Below are positions 42,601 to 56,318 of a stretch of 64,000 bases of DNA, in pieces. Source of the stretch: Microbotryum violaceum (lineage: Eukaryota); contig CDLV01000006.1 in assembly GCA_001244265.2 (NCBI GenBank), positions 930,001-994,000 of the forward strand. Reading direction: 5' to 3'. The notes under the pieces were generated by a model. The model worked only from the letters and a program-made list of their open reading frames with translations, did no database searches and was not told the DNA's origin. The translations under genes and the position numbers were made by a program. Each line of letters opens with the position of its first letter. The stretch's first letter is position 1.

Positions 42601-44079
42601 TTACTCGCTGCTCGATGCAATCCCCTTCAAGATGTCCTGATATTCTCGCAGCCTCAACAAGTTGCGTTGCAGTAGGACGATCGTCGCTTTGCCGATTCCG
42701 GGGCAGTAGATCGAAGCCTTTGCGATGAAGTTTTGGGGGTTGTACATCAGTGCTCGGCACGATAGCAAAATCCTTAATTGGGTGGAAGGTCTCACCTTTT
42801 CTTTGATGTTGGTTTCAAAGTTTTTGGACTCGGAGAAGTTGACGGCGATGACGCCTTCTTTCAGAGCATCGGTGGAGATCTTGTACGCCGCGCTCGGAAC
42901 CTATGCCAGCACCGATTCGGACGATACAGCATCAGTAAGGTGATATCTCCGCATCGTACAGACAAACCAGCCCCAGCACTGACCCCGGACACGACGACAT
43001 CAGAAATAGCGAGGCAGTCTTCGAGCTTGAGCGGTGTCGACTGCACGAAATGGCGAGGTTGGAACGAGGGACGGGGCTTCTCTCCTTCTGCGGCGGGAGC
43101 CGACGTTCTCCGTCGGGTGAACTCTTGGATGCCATCGAGATCGACAGAAAAGACTCGTGCACCGTCGTTGGCGAGAAGAGCGGCGAGGGGTCGACCGACG
43201 ACTTCGGACCTGAAACAAAGACGAGGGCGCATGGAATCAGCAGTGTTTTCGCGGAGACTGCTTGTGCGTGTGCAAAGTGACGAACCTGTTGATGACGGTG
43301 ATGGTTTTTCCAAAGGCACGAGAGCCATAAGGTAAGACGGGGTTGTACACTTGACAGTGCTCGAGCGTTTTGACGATCGCCAAAGGGGTACACGGCAGGA
43401 TTGCCTTGACGAGCTCGGGCTCGGCGGGACCCGATCCTGAGGTTGAAGCAGCGGGGGGTGAGACGACTTGAGCAGCGAGTGCAATCTTGCGAGGATCGAT
43501 GAATCGCGTGTTATGATAAAGGGAAAAGAGCCTGATGTAGTGTAGGTGCGGACTGGTCAGTTCGGGGTCGTCCTCTAGGCTGAGGACGGTAACGTGACCT
43601 CGGCGCTAGAGCGCGAGCTCCGAGCTCTGACCATGGAGGAAGAGCCGACAGACCGGCCAGACATACCATGTAAAGTTGAGTCCCTCGACATCCTTGAGCG
43701 GACTAACAGCCTGTTGCAAGTACCCGTCTTGCCTGGGCCCAAAAATGGGGTAGTAGACCATGATGCCATGCACCTCGTCATCGGCGTTCGCTTCCAAGAT
43801 GGCTTCCTCGACCTCCCCTTGCTCGGCCACAGCGTGGTCCTGGCCTTTTTTGATCGCACCGACTTCTCGCAGTTCATAGTTGATCCCTACCGCCTGGCAT
43901 GCCTTGGCGGTCCATTCGGCGTAGGCGCGTGACGGCGCATTCGAGTTGGCGAGCAGACCGACGAGCTTGGGTCGAGGCGACGAGGTCGAGGTCGTGGCGA
44001 TGATGGCCGCACGGAAAGGCTTGGCCACGGCTTCTCCCGTCACCGTCGCGCACAGCGTCGTAGGGACTTCAATCGACAT
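42601..44079 (-). CDS. MTD1: NAD-dependent methylenetetrahydrofolate dehydrogenase
   Basis: VHGIMVYYPIFG, KDVEGL, ILPCTPLAIVK, RSEVVGRPLAALLANDGARVFSVD, GKATIVLLQRNLLRL. Confidence 0.92.
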
Positions 44080-44415
44080 GGTCGTGTTGATAATTGTGGG
44101 GAAGATGGTTCGCAGTGGAGTGAGGAGTCAAGTCGGCACGCGCCGGACCTCGAACCCGGTCGGGTCTGCGAAGCCGTATCACTAACGCGCCGCCGCATCA
44201 CTAACGCGCCGCCGTTCAACGTTCAGCGGACGGAACTCCGACGGAGAGCCGGTGCCGGAACCGAACAGTCATGTGACGCAGTCCTCTTGCGAGAAGGGGG
44301 TGTGTCTGCAGGACTGCACACTTTCTTCTAGTCTTACCACCTTTTGTAACGCGGACTAATGGCAAAATCACTGTACCACTGGATGGAGAAGCCCAAATCA
44401 CCTTCAAGTGGAATT

Positions 44416-45737
44416 TCATCCCGAGCCAAACTTCTTCAGCAGCCTATCCTCGACGCCTTCACAGACCCAGCTGTACTCGACAATGTCCAAGTTCTCCTTC
44501 TCATTCTTCATCAGCTTGTGATATTCGACGGCAGGTTGCCCCGGCATTGGAGGTGGAGGTGCAGCACCAGCGGCCGTACTTGCCCCCATCCCTCCCATCA
44601 TCCCTCCCATCCCGCCCATCTGTGCCATCATGGCTCCATTCCCATCGGCAGCTGCAATTCGTCGTCAGAAAGACATCAATTACCGTTCAGAGTAAACTGT
44701 CCGTGTATCGCGTTGAGGACTGACCATTTTCCTCGCCCAGAATCAACCGATAGACCGAGCTCAGCCCAAACAAGCACAGGAAATACCACGAAACGGACGA
44801 GACCCAGCTGACGTCCATGTCTTGGGTTTCAATTCCTCTTTGAAGCATCGACTTGAAGCGAAGGGTGAGGGGGAATGGTAGTCGAGCTGTGGGGGATGGA
44901 TGGTAAGGGAATTCGGAGAGCATGTGGGGGTGTAACGTCAGCCAAAAGCCAGGGGTACCCAGTCCTGAACACGCTCAGATGATCATCACGCACTAAGGAC
45001 GAATCCTTCAAAGAAGTATCCGATGTAGTACATCAAAATGGTCTGCGAATGAAATTTCCATTGTCTTAGTGCCGCGCTCAAGTAGGGCTCTTGAACGAAG
45101 CGTGCAACGACCGACCTGAGGCAAGAACCCAACAGCCTGCTTCTTGAGCATGTCCAACATCCCATCCATCGCTCCCGGATCAGTCAAGGCATTCGCAGGT
45201 GGTGGTGCGGCCGCCCCTTCTGCTCTAGGCGGTTCCTTGAGGTAGTAGCCCGACTGGTAGGCCGAAGCAAGGTGGGCTTTGAGAGCGATGAAGGCCGCCG
45301 GCGGAAGGAAGGACGAGTTGCTTCGCAAGATCAATCCCCGTGTAAGAGATCGCCTGAGAGATGAAAGAACGATGTCAAGCTTCAGCTCGGGTTGCAAGTT
45401 GTGGCAGTGGATGAAGCGAGCCCGACGACGTACTGCTCGCGAATGGCTAGGAGAGGCTGTTGCTTTGGCGGCGAATTCATGCCCATGGCTACATAGTGGC
45501 GAGTCAGACCACTGAGCAGCATGATGGCAGTCAAAGGACCAAGGACCTGCGGGGACGAAGAGTGCATAAAATCCTTGAGTCTATGGCCACGACGCGAGGG
45601 CAGCGACTAGAAGTCCGTCTACATACCCAGTCCCGGATGGCTGTAGAGCGTCATAGAGTGCTCGATTAGTCTCGTTATTAGCTTTGCTAACAGTAGAATT
45701 GCGACTGACCAGGATCCAATACCAGGTCTTGCTTCAT
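44416..45737 (-). CDS. EMC3: ER membrane protein complex subunit 3
   Basis: [49 protein letters not shown]. Confidence 0.93.
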
Positions 45738-46384
45738 CTTTTTTGACTTCAAGCGCGATCGCGGTTGGACAGGGGGCAAAGGGCTTCCTCGCGCGCAGGC
45801 CGGCCTGCCACTATTCTCGCAAGTCTCAAGCTTCATTAAGTCTTGTCGGCACCCGCTCAGAGATATCTTTCCCGCTCAAGATTTTTTGGTTCGGTGTTAA
45901 TAAAAGACCCACCCAGGAAAGCAGACGTAGGTCCGACTCGACTGCAGTGATGACACATTTATCGCCGAGGCTCGAAAACTAAGTTGGCGCCATGGTTCCT
46001 CGGTAAATTGAAGCAATATGCTTAAGCATTGCGTCTCGGATACGAACAAGGAAAAATATCTCGAACAGTTTAGCTTTTCGTCAGCTCATCCTGCTGAGAG
46101 ACCAAAGTCTGGCTTCCATTCCGGATGCCAGGGTCACCTCACGCCTGCGGAATTATATATTTGGCGCTGCCACGCTGAGTACGCCGCGGGCGTCGGCATC
46201 CACGAGGGCCAGCGAGGGACGGCCAAGCACAAAGCCCAAGCCCAGCAAAACGATTGTACTCAGCTACGATTGTGAGCGCCAGGCGTCTGCTCCAGCCGGT
46301 CCGTTCACCTGATCAGTGATCGCCTCCTGCTGCCCTTCGCACGACGACCACCACCTTCCTGAAAACAGCAACAAGCCATCCATC

Positions 46385-47994
46385 ATGGTAAGTCATCCCC
46401 TTGCGCTCGCCACTCGAGTGGGGGGAAACACGTTGCACCTGCGCGCTCCCCACCCCAAGGTCTGACGCGCCGGTCGGCTGTACACGGGCGCGCTGTACGG
46501 TCCTCGGCCTGGCGAGACGACGCGGACCACCTCAACTGACTGGCTCGCAACCCACGCAAACTGCAGGGAAAATCACAATCCAAGTTGTCGCCTGAGGACC
46601 TCAAGGACCTGCAAAAGAACACCTATTGTCAGTCGAAGCGTCGCCTCATCGCACTTCTCTGTTGCTGGCCTTGCAAGAACCGCTCCCCCACGTCGTCATT
46701 GGGGTCATTCCCAAGCTCGCGAGTCCAGCCCGTCCAGCCCGTCCGCGGCGTGCCCCAGGCTCCGTGGTCGCCAGATTGGAGCGTCGATCAGGCTTTCCTG
46801 ATCCGAGAGGCTATAAGATACCTGAAACTTGCCAGGGCTCATGCCATTATCATACATCCGGTGCTGACTGCGCGTGCCCCCACCTCGCCTTGAACGTGGG
46901 CTCCAATTCATTCTGTTGATCCCTACAGTCGACAAGAAGGAATTACAGCAATGGTGAGTGTTCCAACGATTCGCACCTAAATCCGAGAGACCTCGCGCTC
47001 ATAGTTTCGTCACAAACCCATCATCAGGTACAAAGGTTTCGTCAAGGATTGCCCTTCGGGCGTCCTCAACCAGGAAGAATTTGCGCGTATCTACAAGCAG
47101 TTCTTCCCCTTTGGCAACCCCAAGGCATTCGCCGAGCACGTCTTCAAAGTATTTGGTCAGTTCACGTCTCGTCTCTTCGATGAGCGCTCGCCAGTAGGGC
47201 TGTAGAGGCCGATTTGACCATTTCCTCGAATTGGCGCCGGCTGCACGAGCAGACAAGAACAATAACGGCACGATCGACTTTCGAGAATTCATCTGTGCTC
47301 TATCCATCACTTCCCGAGGCCAACTCGACGAAAAGCTCCAATGTACGTCTCCTACGCGCCACCCTGGACCCCTCGTCTGACTTTGGCTCTCTCTTTCAAT
47401 GACTTTAGGGGCATTCCAGTTGTACGACATTGATAGTGATGGTACCATCACGTACGACGAGATGCTCAACATTGTCACTGCCATTTACGACATGACCGGC
47501 GAGAGTGAGTTTACCTCCACTATCGCACGTCCCACTTTCTTGTGGCGCAGCTGCTAATGTGCCTGTGCATCGATCTGACTTTGTAGTGGTCAAGCTGCCG
47601 CCTGACGAGGATACCCCTGCCAAGGTCAGTTGTCCGCACACCGGTGCAGTACACTTTGCTTTGGCTCTCAGATAGCTGACTCTCCGACCTGGTCCACAGC
47701 GAGTCGACAAGATCTTCAGCACTATGGATCTCAACCACGACCATCAGGTATGTCTTGTGCGATCGCACTCGAAACGTTCTCTTGCAACACGGTTTGACCC
47801 CACTGCACTCATTTGCACGTGCCACATAGCTCACATTCGAGGAGTTCAAGGAAGGAAGCAAGAAGGACCCCACAATCGTCCAGGTGAGCCCCGGGTGAAC
47901 CCTATATACGCTTGACATCTTGACAGCGCTGACACACGACGGTTCGTTTTGATCCCACCGCCAGGCCTTGTCGCTCTACGACGGACTCGTATAA
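46385..47994 (+). CDS. NCS1: Neuronal calcium sensor-1 / frequenin
   Basis: [32 protein letters not shown]-hands [10 protein letters not shown] and [18 protein letters not shown]. Confidence 0.96.
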
Positions 47995-48477
47995 GTGTCT
48001 CGCAACCTTCCGCTACGGAATTGCTCCTTCACCCGAGTTCATCTATGTCTTCGTTCTGTCAATTTGTATCCCCCTTTTTGGGCGCTGCTTTTGTCCTCTA
48101 TCTTCGCTTCCTACCCCGTTTCGTAGGAACTCGGAAGTCTGTCGCAGATCGTGCCCTTTGTCATCACTAAAAGCAGCTCTTCCTCACTAGTTGGCCGCGG
48201 CACTGAGTTCTACCCTTGCGGGTCGTTATTCGAGGACAACCCGTGATGTCGAAATCGGGTTCGTCATGATTCCGTGGTGCTCTCAAGTCGATACCGCTCC
48301 CGTGGTCAGAAAATCAACATGCTCGGCGTACGAGCTTTCAATGACATTGGAAACATACTTAACCCTTGGCAGTCACAGACTAGTAAGGACTATTCTTTGT
48401 AAGACGAATATGACAGAACACATGACGTTTGTCAGAGAATGACGCCCCCCCCTTGAGCGAACCAGCGCCTTCTCCTT

Positions 48478-49989
48478 TCATGACGCGAAAATGATCTGCC
48501 CATCGGAGCACACCGTCCCAGCCGCGACGTTGCCCATGAAGACACACGTCGGTTGGTTCGACCCTTTCACAGGAGTCAAGCACAAAGAGAACGTCGTCGA
48601 TGAGTCGCACCGAAGGTAGGTCGTTTGCGCTGCCGCTGCCGCAGTCGGGGAGGGCGTGGGCGTGGCGACGGTCTTGGTCGAGTGGCGTTGGGTCGATGTA
48701 GTCTTCGTTGTTGTTGTCGTCTTCTTCGCTGTGGTTTTCGTAGTCGTCGACGACTTGGTTGTGGGTGTAGCAGGAGTTGTGGACGGGGCGAACGTGATCG
48801 TGGTTCGGGAAGTGCTGGTCGGTGAGACGGTGGAGGTCGTGGTGGATGAAGAAGCGGCGGTAGTGGTCGTGGTTGTGGTCGACGACGCAGCGGCGGTGGT
48901 GGTGGTGCTTGAGCGCGTAGTTGTCGTTGTTGAGGAAGTACTCGACCCGTTGGAAGAAACGATGACAACGGTGTTGTTTTGATCAAAAGCGCAGTTGTTA
49001 AGCACGGTCGCAGGAGTAGACTTGGTCGAGGTGCCGAGGTATTGCACCGACTTTCCGGGGTTGGGGAAGACGACCTCCTGTCCCTCGGTCGTTATGCACG
49101 TTCCATCGGCGAACGTATTGGCTCGGAAAGGAGTGGGACCGGTGTACGAGGTCTGCTGGTTGGGTCCTTGGATATCGACGATGGCGCAGTTCATGTACTC
49201 TTCGCGATTGCCGATGCGGTTGAACCACGTCCAAGCAAAGGTCGCTTTCTTCGCCGAAGGGAGGTTAGGGATCGGGATCGTGAATTTAAGGCCGATCGGG
49301 CAACCCCCAATGATGGAAGCGATGACCGCAAACGTCTTGCTTTGGTCGTAGGAGACGGAGAATTGACATGATCCACCACCGTGGACGGCGGTGCCTGCCA
49401 ATTCGACCGTGTAAGACGTTCCAGAGACGAGGGTATCGACCGAGTTCAGGGTCGAGTACGCGGAGGGGGTGTTGTAGCCTTTACAGGGGTAGTTCGCTCC
49501 GTTGGAGAGGAGAGGTGCGGTCATGCTGTAGTCCTTGTTCGCCTCGAGTGTTTGCTGGGTAGGTATACAAACGGACATTCAAGTCAAGTCAGTCTCTTAT
49601 TCAGTTAGGGGCCACCACGCTTAGATTCGATACACTTACCGGATCATACTTGGAGTTGATGGCCTGTATGACAAGAATCAAGCGGTGATATGGAGCCGTC
49701 TCAGCAACCCTATTTCATGGAGAAGAATAGCCTGTAATCCTCGCAAGAGCGAGATGGCTTTTCAACGGATCCCCCTCCCCTCGGGCGCGGCGGGCCGAGG
49801 ACCCATTCGCTCCGGCTCGGCACTGCGCAATTTCATGCACAAACGAAGGGACCAGCAGGTTGGTGATGATAATGGTGGACTCACGTAAGGATGGAGCATC
49901 TCGATGTGAGCCAAGACGGGAACCAGGTGGCTGAAGAAGGAGACCAGGATGACGAAAAGACTCATCGAGGGTGCGAATTGACGAGGCAT
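48478..49989 (-). CDS. Secreted AA11-like lytic polysaccharide monooxygenase with Thr-rich linker and C-terminal Cys module
   Basis: Signal peptide then His1 (HIEMLHPY|AINSKYDP|..DYSMTAPL..YPCKGY), AVHGGGSCQFS, WTWFNRIGNREEYMNCA. Confidence 0.85.
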
Positions 49990-51179
49990 GGTGAAGTGAT
50001 GTGGGGGGATAGGGTTTGGGGTTCCGACCGGCGGAGAGAGAGAGAGCTCCGAGCTTTGCGATGGGAAGAGGGTTGGGCCAGTGGTAGCGACCGGCGCCGT
50101 GTGTTATAGAGGTGGAGAGGTGGAAGCGGACTCGGGGGATAAATTCTACGAAGGCTGTCGATCAACGACGAGCCGAACGAGGAATTGCGAAACTCGAGGG
50201 TGGTTCGGAGATGTGAGAGAGACGACGTCAAGCCGGCTTCGGAGACAAAGGGCGCACGGACCGAGAGGGAGTGAACGGAACGGCACGGTACGATAGGGAG
50301 TGATGGGGAGCAAGTCAAGAGACGGGAGCCAAGTAATCCACAAGATGATCAACGTCTTGTAGTGTACACCAGAGTAGACCCCTCTCCACTTGCAATTTGT
50401 CGGAGAAGTCCAAGAGAGCCGAATTGGCGGGAAAGGGCTCCGAGCCATTATTGACGCGCGCGCAGCCGACGTCACCCAACCCGTTCCCAATTGGGAAGCC
50501 TAAAGAATCTAAATAATGTCGATCCGCTGGATTGGGCTTTGCTGCCGCGCCGCCCCTTGCGCGCGCTTTTTCAGAAGCCCAGGCCTACCGTTCCGCACGC
50601 CCAAGAGTGTCGTGGGGCTATGCACAGCTTACAAGCTGTAATTCGAGCGCTACCTATATTGTCTCACTCACCACAATCGCAATAATCCTTGTCCTTGAAT
50701 CTACACAGCTTCCCTCATGGCAGATTCGCGCGGAGATTTTCGGCAAGCGAATCGGCGGCATTCTGCCCTGCCAGCTGTGGCCCTCTCGATCCGCCCAGGG
50801 CCCCGGATTGCGCATCGCTGAGCAGCACAGGGTTTTCCTCGGCGAGAAACAGCGCAGCCCCCGGTCCATTTTCGGTCCTCTTCTCATGATTTACTGGCAT
50901 CCCGCTAGTGCCTGAATCGGCTCATCACTCAAGAATCTTTTCCGTATCAGTATGACCAAGGGCTTTTCCGTATCAGGATGACGATATTACCTTCGAGAAG
51001 GTAGCAGTGATAAGCACGGGAAGATGGGGCCCGAAAGTGAACGCCGATTCTTGCAAATTGCGAGGAAGGTGAAGAAGAACCGTCTGCCCATTGATCGCCT
51101 TGGGTGGGATTCCACGAAACATGGGGAAGTCTACTTCATGATCGAGTGAGAAGTCATCCCATCTCCCACTCTTGCCTCA

Positions 51180-53363
51180 TTAAGGGTTTGCCGCCGCGGA
51201 TACCATGACCTTTTTGGCATTTTCGGCTTCCCTGCGATCACGATCTGCTCGGGCAGCGGCTCCGAGTGGTCGATAAGGTGCCGCCCTGGGAGATGAGACA
51301 CCTTTCTCCTCGTTAGTGAATTGCTCCCCACGAAAAGAAGATTTCTGGGCCCGTAAAGCTGGGGTGGGGGAAACTGACCAAGGGAAGGGTCGATCTTTTG
51401 AGAGCACGACCATGCCGTGCGAATGCGAGATGTACCCTTTGATGAAACCCTGACCGAGAAAGACACCAAGGGTCGAGATTCGAGAACCGAAATCAGTCTG
51501 AAAGGCTTGGCATCGGGAAGACTGGGCAGATTATGAACACTTACCTTGCCGATGAGGTTGGCGAGGATGCACTCCATCTCGTCCGAATCGACGGTCTCGT
51601 CCCCCGATCCGGCAATACAATACCGCCTTAAATCGGCGACGCTCATTCTTGGTGGCTTCCCTTCCAAGATCCATCTGGATGGTGATATTCAGAAGATCAG
51701 CACAGAGTCATAGGAGCGAATAATGACCACGCGAGGGGCAACTTGCGCCTTCTTGATGAGATTCCGAACGACGCCTTCTCGCGCGCGCTCGACGACGAGG
51801 TACGTCCCCCGTTCCATGAGCCGCTTTTCCGTGTACAGCAGGTGCTGATCATAGGCTTGTACGTTCCCCGATTTGTACGCCTCGATGAAGGGGCGATAGA
51901 TCGTCTCCAATCGACCGGCTTTTTTGAGATTCCGTTGGGTAGGCAAAATACCTCGCAGTAGCATGATGGGGATAAGATAGGATAGAATTCGTCTACAGGG
52001 AGGTGCATTCGTTCAGTACATGTTTGTAATACATAGCACACCTACGTGTACGCACTCTATGTTTTTAAAGGCGCGGTGATGCACCATACCCAGAGCGTTC
52101 GAGAATTGCACCTCGGCCTCGGTATAGTCCTCCCTCAAGAATGCGAGGACACCCATGTAGTATGTGTAGGTGGTTTGGTGTCCCTTGGGTATAGCAGCGA
52201 ATCCGGTCAATCCGGCGGCGTTGATGCCACGGACGATTGATTTGCACAGATGGGACGATTTGAGCTGTGGAGCGAAATGGGCTCTAAGTAAGCCTTTACC
52301 CTCGAGATGGGACTTTTACGCTGGGAAAAACCGACCCTGAAGTACGTCTTGAAGAGTAGTGTTGCCATGTACCAGGTCCCGGGTTTCTTGGACTCGTTGA
52401 CACTCCCATTTCTGTGCAAGGTCGCGCAGCGCTACGATTAGCTCGGATTATGTGAGGAGGATGGTGCTGATTGTGAACTTACCGATCGTTCAAGCATGCC
52501 GAGAAACACTTTTGCAGTAACCTTGACGTCTCTTCCAATGCCCGTGGCTTCTGCTTCTGCGCTAGATATTTGTCGTCGGCCTACATCGTCAAATCTCTCC
52601 GGTCAGCCCCGACGAGTCGCGATTCCGGTCAGGAGAGGATAGGACTGACGGCTATCGAAAGAAGACGGAGATCGTTGCAAACTTGAAGCAACAAAGGCAC
52701 GAGTGAGCCTGTCGGTTTCTGTTCCGAGACAAGGTACTTGTACAAGGCGCTGCGAGGCGGGGAGGAGAAAGATGAGCTCGGATAGTCGGTCGCAGCTTCA
52801 AGACGTGTAGAGCCTTGCGAATACCATGGCCGCACGTAGAGTTGAGTAGAGCAGGATGGATGACTGACTTTACGAGCTCGTGTTGTTTCGCACAGGCGGT
52901 AATGGAGTCGCCTTCGCTCGGTAGTGGGGGTGCTCCGACCGTCGGATCCGGTCGCAGGTACTGCACCCGAGCGTAAGAAAGGCAGGATGAGCACCCGTGA
53001 CGATGGACGCCTGAGAATACCAGCGAAGAGTAGAGACATACGAATTGGGCGATGACGACCTGGGTATGCAACACCGCCATCTCGGCCCAGGGCCCGGGCT
53101 TGTTGCGCAACCGTTGCTGATACACCGACGCATAGGCCCATCCATTCGTCTGTGATCCCTACTGATCAGCCGTCTTCTCCAAGTCTTCATCGGACCCCCA
53201 TGTGACTGACATTGGGTAGTCGTTCCGCAGGATGCACGCCGAGGAAGAGGCCGACGACGTGCGCCTCCGAGATGGAGAAGCAGTCCGGCAACGAGCGACC
53301 GACGTGGCCGGCCAAAGCCATGTCGAGCTGGCTGCAGAACCCTTGTGGGGATAAGGCGACCAT
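51180..53363 (-). CDS. PCI-domain protein (CSN12/Thp1/PCID2-like)
   Basis: CFSACLNDR, SKKPGTWYMATLLFKTYF, TYTYYMGVLAFLREDY, ECILANLIGK, KGYISHSHGMVVLSK..PFP. Confidence 0.88.
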
Positions 53364-53537
53364 GTTGCCCAAGAGTCGGGGTTGAGGAACGGATCGAGCG
53401 GCGAGGATAGGGGAGAAGAGGCAGAGAAGCGCGCGAGGGCTTTCGACGTTTGTAGAGGAACCCCGGACAATCTCATTTGTTTCCTGACCATCTACACCCC
53501 CACGCTGCTCTCGGCTTTGGGCTCCCGCTTTCTAGCC

Positions 53538-54294
53538 ATGGCCAAGTAAGCTTCCTATTCGACGCGCGACACGTTGCGCAAAGCTGGACCCTCCCTCCAA
53601 GCAACTGACATCCCTCCGGGCCCCCTATCGTGCCCCTATCGTGCCCCACCTCGTGCCCCACCTCGTTCCGCCCCCTCTGCTCCGTTCCCTCAGATCCGCC
53701 AGTCCTCGTCGCGTAGCCGTAGCTCTCATAATCCATCGCCCCAAACCGCAAGATACACCTCATTTCCTCATCGTCTCGTCGCGCAAACACGCCGATCGTT
53801 GGGTCCTCCCCAAAGGCGGCATCGAGAGCAGTGGTGGCTCGTCCGAAAGTGGGGTCGAGAGTGCGGAGGAGGCGGCGAGGAGGGAGGCGTGGGAGGAAGG
53901 TAAGGCGTTTTCACCGCGTCTGCATGGCGGTCGAGGTACCTTTGCTGACGCTTTTTTGGTTTTGGTTTCCCGAACCGAATCAGCGGGCTTGATTCAGAGC
54001 TCTTCCATACACCTTTCCCATCTCGTCGTGCTCCCCGATCAAAAACCTCACAAAGCCTCACCGTCTCAAGACCCTTCCGAGAGCGGCTTCATCCGCTCGA
54101 CAATGTACTCGTTCGAACTCTTCTCCGTCATGAGTATGGGCTCGACTGCCCTGGCAGAGGAATGGCCTGAGAAGCATGAGAGGAAGAGACGATGGGTACA
54201 AGGGTGGTCGGAGCTGGAGGAGGTGTTGTGTTGGGGAAGACGGGACGATGTGATGCGAGAAGCTTTGGGATTGGCAAAGGCCAAATTGGGATGA
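53538..54294 (+). CDS. Nudix hydrolase, DDP1/Aps1/DIPP-like
   Basis: VSSRKHADRWVLPKGGIE..AEEAARREAWEE|AG Nudix box; EWPEKHERKRRWV. Confidence 0.88.
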
Positions 54295-54678
54295 AGCGCA
54301 TAGAACAGTATATAGGTGCAGATGTTGTTGAAAGAGCAGGTTGGGATCTTGCGATCTTCCAGTGAGTTTCCGACTGGAATTCCAGTCGATTTCCAGTCGA
54401 TTTCCAGTCGATTTCCAGTCAAAATTCAGTGAGATTCATACGATTCAGAGCGTTCCAGTGAGGAGCATGTACGAATTTGTGCTAGTCGGTATGTCATTCG
54501 GAAGGCTATGCTTAAACCCGGGAAGTGTCACTCAAAGAGTCAGAGTACTGAGTAAAAGTAACAGACAGATTTACACGAGCGATCGGACTGCATATCACGC
54601 TCGAGGCCAGCCCCCATTCCCCCGCGTTGTGCGACCATCTTCAATCACCGCAAACCAGTTCCTCAAAAAATCAATCAC

Positions 54679-55977
54679 TCATGCCTCCTCTTCCTCTGTT
54701 GTACCATGACTCTGGGCCAACCCACTTGTCGGCATCGGCGGAACGGGGGGTCTCGCGACGTCCGGGTCCGAAGAGTCATCGTCCTCCTCGGCCAACATGG
54801 CCTGCGCACGCTTCATCGCCTCGGCTTCGTTGCGGTAATGACCTCCACGCTTTTGCGCGAATTGCTTGCGGTGTGCGAGCGCTAATGATGATCAAGAGGA
54901 CAGAACCACGGATCAGTCCTCGTTGGAAGTAGAAGACGAGGAATCACGCGGCAGAACCGTTCTCGGACTCACTCTCCTCATCGGCAAGCTCATCGTCATC
55001 GTCATCGTTGTCGTCGTCCTCGCCATGTGCAATCGAAGGTCGTTCGACCTTGACCATCTTCTCACTCGACTCGGACCCCCGCCGCGAATTGGACTCGGAT
55101 CCCCTCCTGGACGAAGTGCCGGGAGAAGGCGGGGTCGTATGAACGGGCAAGGTGGGATCGTCACCTTCAGCAACTGCGTCGGCTTGGCCGAGTTCGAAGC
55201 CCGGGATCTCTATGGACATTCGCAGTGGGTGTTGGATCAGTATCGCTGCGCTGAAGCCTGATGCCCCTTGTGCGGACGTGAGATTTGGTCGAGAATGGTG
55301 GAGGTCGAGACGGACTGCGGACTTGTCCGGCGCGGGGCTAGGTGACCATAAGGCATGGTCGATCCCACCGTTGGGGCGGCGTTTGATGGTCATGATGCGC
55401 CTTTGTATCGACCGTCACGTGACCAAAGGGGTTCGAGGACGTGGGTACCTTCAAAGTGGACGACGACCTCTTGTTCGAGTCTTAATCCGTGCGCGCGAAT
55501 TGCGGAATGTAGTACTCACTGTCGAGGTCCATGACGGTATCCGTTTCGGCATCGTATCGAACGTAAGGTGTTTTGGGTTCCGAGATCTGCGGGGGGGGCG
55601 GTGTCAGCGCGCTTGTGTTGTTCTCGTGGAGCGTCCAGAAGCTGGGGAACGTCTGTGTGGGGGTCGCCATCGCCGCCGCCGGTCGTCATCGACCTCGACC
55701 TCGACATCGGCAGGGGACAATGCGCAGGAGCGATGAGCACACTGACCTTCATCGTCGAGTCCTTTTGTAGTTCGTTCAAGGCCAAGTTGCCCTCGTCCCA
55801 GACGAGCGCGTTGCCGTTCGACGTGGCCGCGCGGGTCGTCGAGTTGGAGTTCTTGAGGATGCCCCTCGCCGGGTGGGACGAGGCAGAGCGGGACAGGCGA
55901 CGACGTGGTGCGGGTGACGCAGGTGGGGACGCCGTCTCGGTCGTCGTTGGGTCGTCGATCGCGTAGTCTGACGACAT
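54679..55977 (-). CDS. GLC8: Protein phosphatase 1 inhibitor-2 (Glc8/IPP-2 family)
   Basis: RGILKN, LVWDEGNL, MK|ISEPKTPY, FAQKRGGHYRNEAEAMK. Confidence 0.88.
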
Positions 55978-56051
55978 GGTTGATGCGGGGTTGCTGGCGC
56001 TGGAGAGTACGGGATGAAGGAAAGCTAGCTGCTGATCGAGTGCTTGCTTGT

Positions 56052-56099
56052 GACGGTCGGAAGACGGTCGGAAGACGGTCGGAAGACGGTCGGAAGACG
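56052..56099 (+). repeat. 11-bp tandem repeat (gacggtcggaa)x4
   Basis: Read directly; lies in the short divergent intergenic region between IPP-2 and PSY2. Confidence 0.9.
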
Positions 56100-56318
56100 A
56101 TCGAACTCTCACGCGAGCTCACGCGAGGGTCAAAAAAGCTGATTACAAACCACGCGCGCGTTTCGATTAGCACTCCTTGTTCTGGCCACAAGCGCGTGCA
56201 CCACACCGGGCGCACCACAACGGCGCACCAAAACGGCGTCATCGCTTGCGATAAGTGAGTGACCTCCACACTCTGGCCCGAGCACGGGGCTGCTGGCGCC
56301 GACCTTTGCCTGAATCCG

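Noticed and set aside
44180..44214. Short direct duplications (cactaacgcgccgccg x2; also cttttccgtatcag x2 near 50937-50976)
   Set aside because: Simple local slippage with no further structure.
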